This document shows positions 59,534 through 60,042 of a DNA stretch of 60,042 nucleotides, piece by piece. This stretch comes from an uncultured Bacillota bacterium. GTDB taxonomy: Bacteria > Bacillota_I > Bacilli_A > RF39 > UBA660. The notes below the pieces were generated by a model, which worked only from the letters and a program-made list of their open reading frames with translations, ran no database searches and was not told the origin of the DNA. Position 1 is the stretch's first letter, and each line of letters begins with the position of its first letter. Both the position numbers and the translations under genes were made by a program. The stretch covers positions 1 to 60,042 of the forward strand of contig CAMOYT010000004.1 in assembly GCA_946630315.1 (NCBI GenBank), read 5' to 3'.

Positions 59534-60042
59534 TTAGATTTCTATTAATTCATAATCAGTAGTTCCTAATCCTAAACTTTCAGCATATTCTGTAATATGT
59601 CTTCCTTTTCTTGAATCTACTCTTTCTTTTAATTCTTCTTTTCCTTCATCTTGACTATTCCATACAGCATCAATAAAGGCTTGATCATTTGCAACTGGAT
59701 CTAGACTAGCAAAAATACCTAAATCAGCCATTACTGGATCTCCTTGGTTACAATCACAATCACAGTCTACTGAAAGCGCATTAGCTATAGTAATATAGAC
59801 AATTGGTTTTCCTTTTTCTTTTAGATAGTCTGCCACTGCTGTTGCAGCTTCTGCCATTGATTCAATGAATTCTTCTTGTTCATATTTAGCACTCCAACAT
59901 AAATTTGGATCTGCTGTTTGACCACAACTATGAATATATGCTTTTCCATTACGTGAAGCTATACCAATTGATTGATTTTTTAAGTTAGCTCCAAATCCTC
60001 CCATAGCATGTCCTTTTCCATGAGCCAAGTTAAGAATAGAGT
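59534..60042 (-). CDS. DUF362 family Fe-S-associated protein, 5'-truncated by the window edge
   Basis: AHGKGHAMGGFGANLKNQSIG, SVDCDC, ASLDPVA.DQA; frame is open to the window end. Confidence 0.85.
   Translation of the reverse strand, partial: SILNLAHGKGHAMGGFGANLKNQSIGIASRNGKAYIHSCGQTADPNLCWSAKYEQEEFIESMAEAATAVADYLKEKGKPIVYITIANALSVDCDCDCNQGDPVMADLGIFASLDPVANDQAFIDAVWNSQDEGKEELKERVDSRKGRHITEYAESLGLGTTDYELIEI

Noticed and set aside
59411-59536. Programmed stop-codon read-through extending DUF362
   Set aside because: The in-frame tail is a fragment of an unrelated ligase. Being in frame has a one-in-three chance, and TAA is a poor read-through codon.
1-60042. Mycoplasma-type UGA=Trp recoding
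   Set aside because: Conserved genes are full length in the standard code, Trp is encoded by TGG, and TGA ends nusB.

Overview
Very AT-rich chromosomal DNA read in the standard bacterial code, from a reduced-genome low-GC Bacillota. Gene content and style resemble gut Bacilli such as RF39; this is an inference only. The window spans the chromosome dimer-resolution region. A Firmicute-type dif site lies at 26269-26296, about 1.75 kb from xerD, and gene orientation flips there (22 of 25 protein genes on + to the left, 28 of 32 on - to the right). Housekeeping genes include mutS, nusB, xseAB, tdk, cmk, alaS, holA, rarA, xerD, deoB, upp, uraA, murC, queH and tRNA-Glu(CTC). The most interesting signals are not in the ORF track: (1) an Arg-codon leader peptide with a complete set of alternative pairings in front of an ArgE-like M20 hydrolase plus GNAT pair; (2) a pyrL-like U-rich leader peptide and terminator in front of uraA-upp, with no PyrR box; (3) an Ala T-box with an atypical expression platform that heads a kinase-cmk-alaS-holA operon; (4) synonymous-codon strand bias that does not appear to switch at dif; (5) palindromic repeats next to dif; (6) a six-repeat helicase-associated (HA) domain protein without a helicase; (7) a deletion remnant of a third acyl-CoA ligase. 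No CRISPR array, transposase or prophage was seen.
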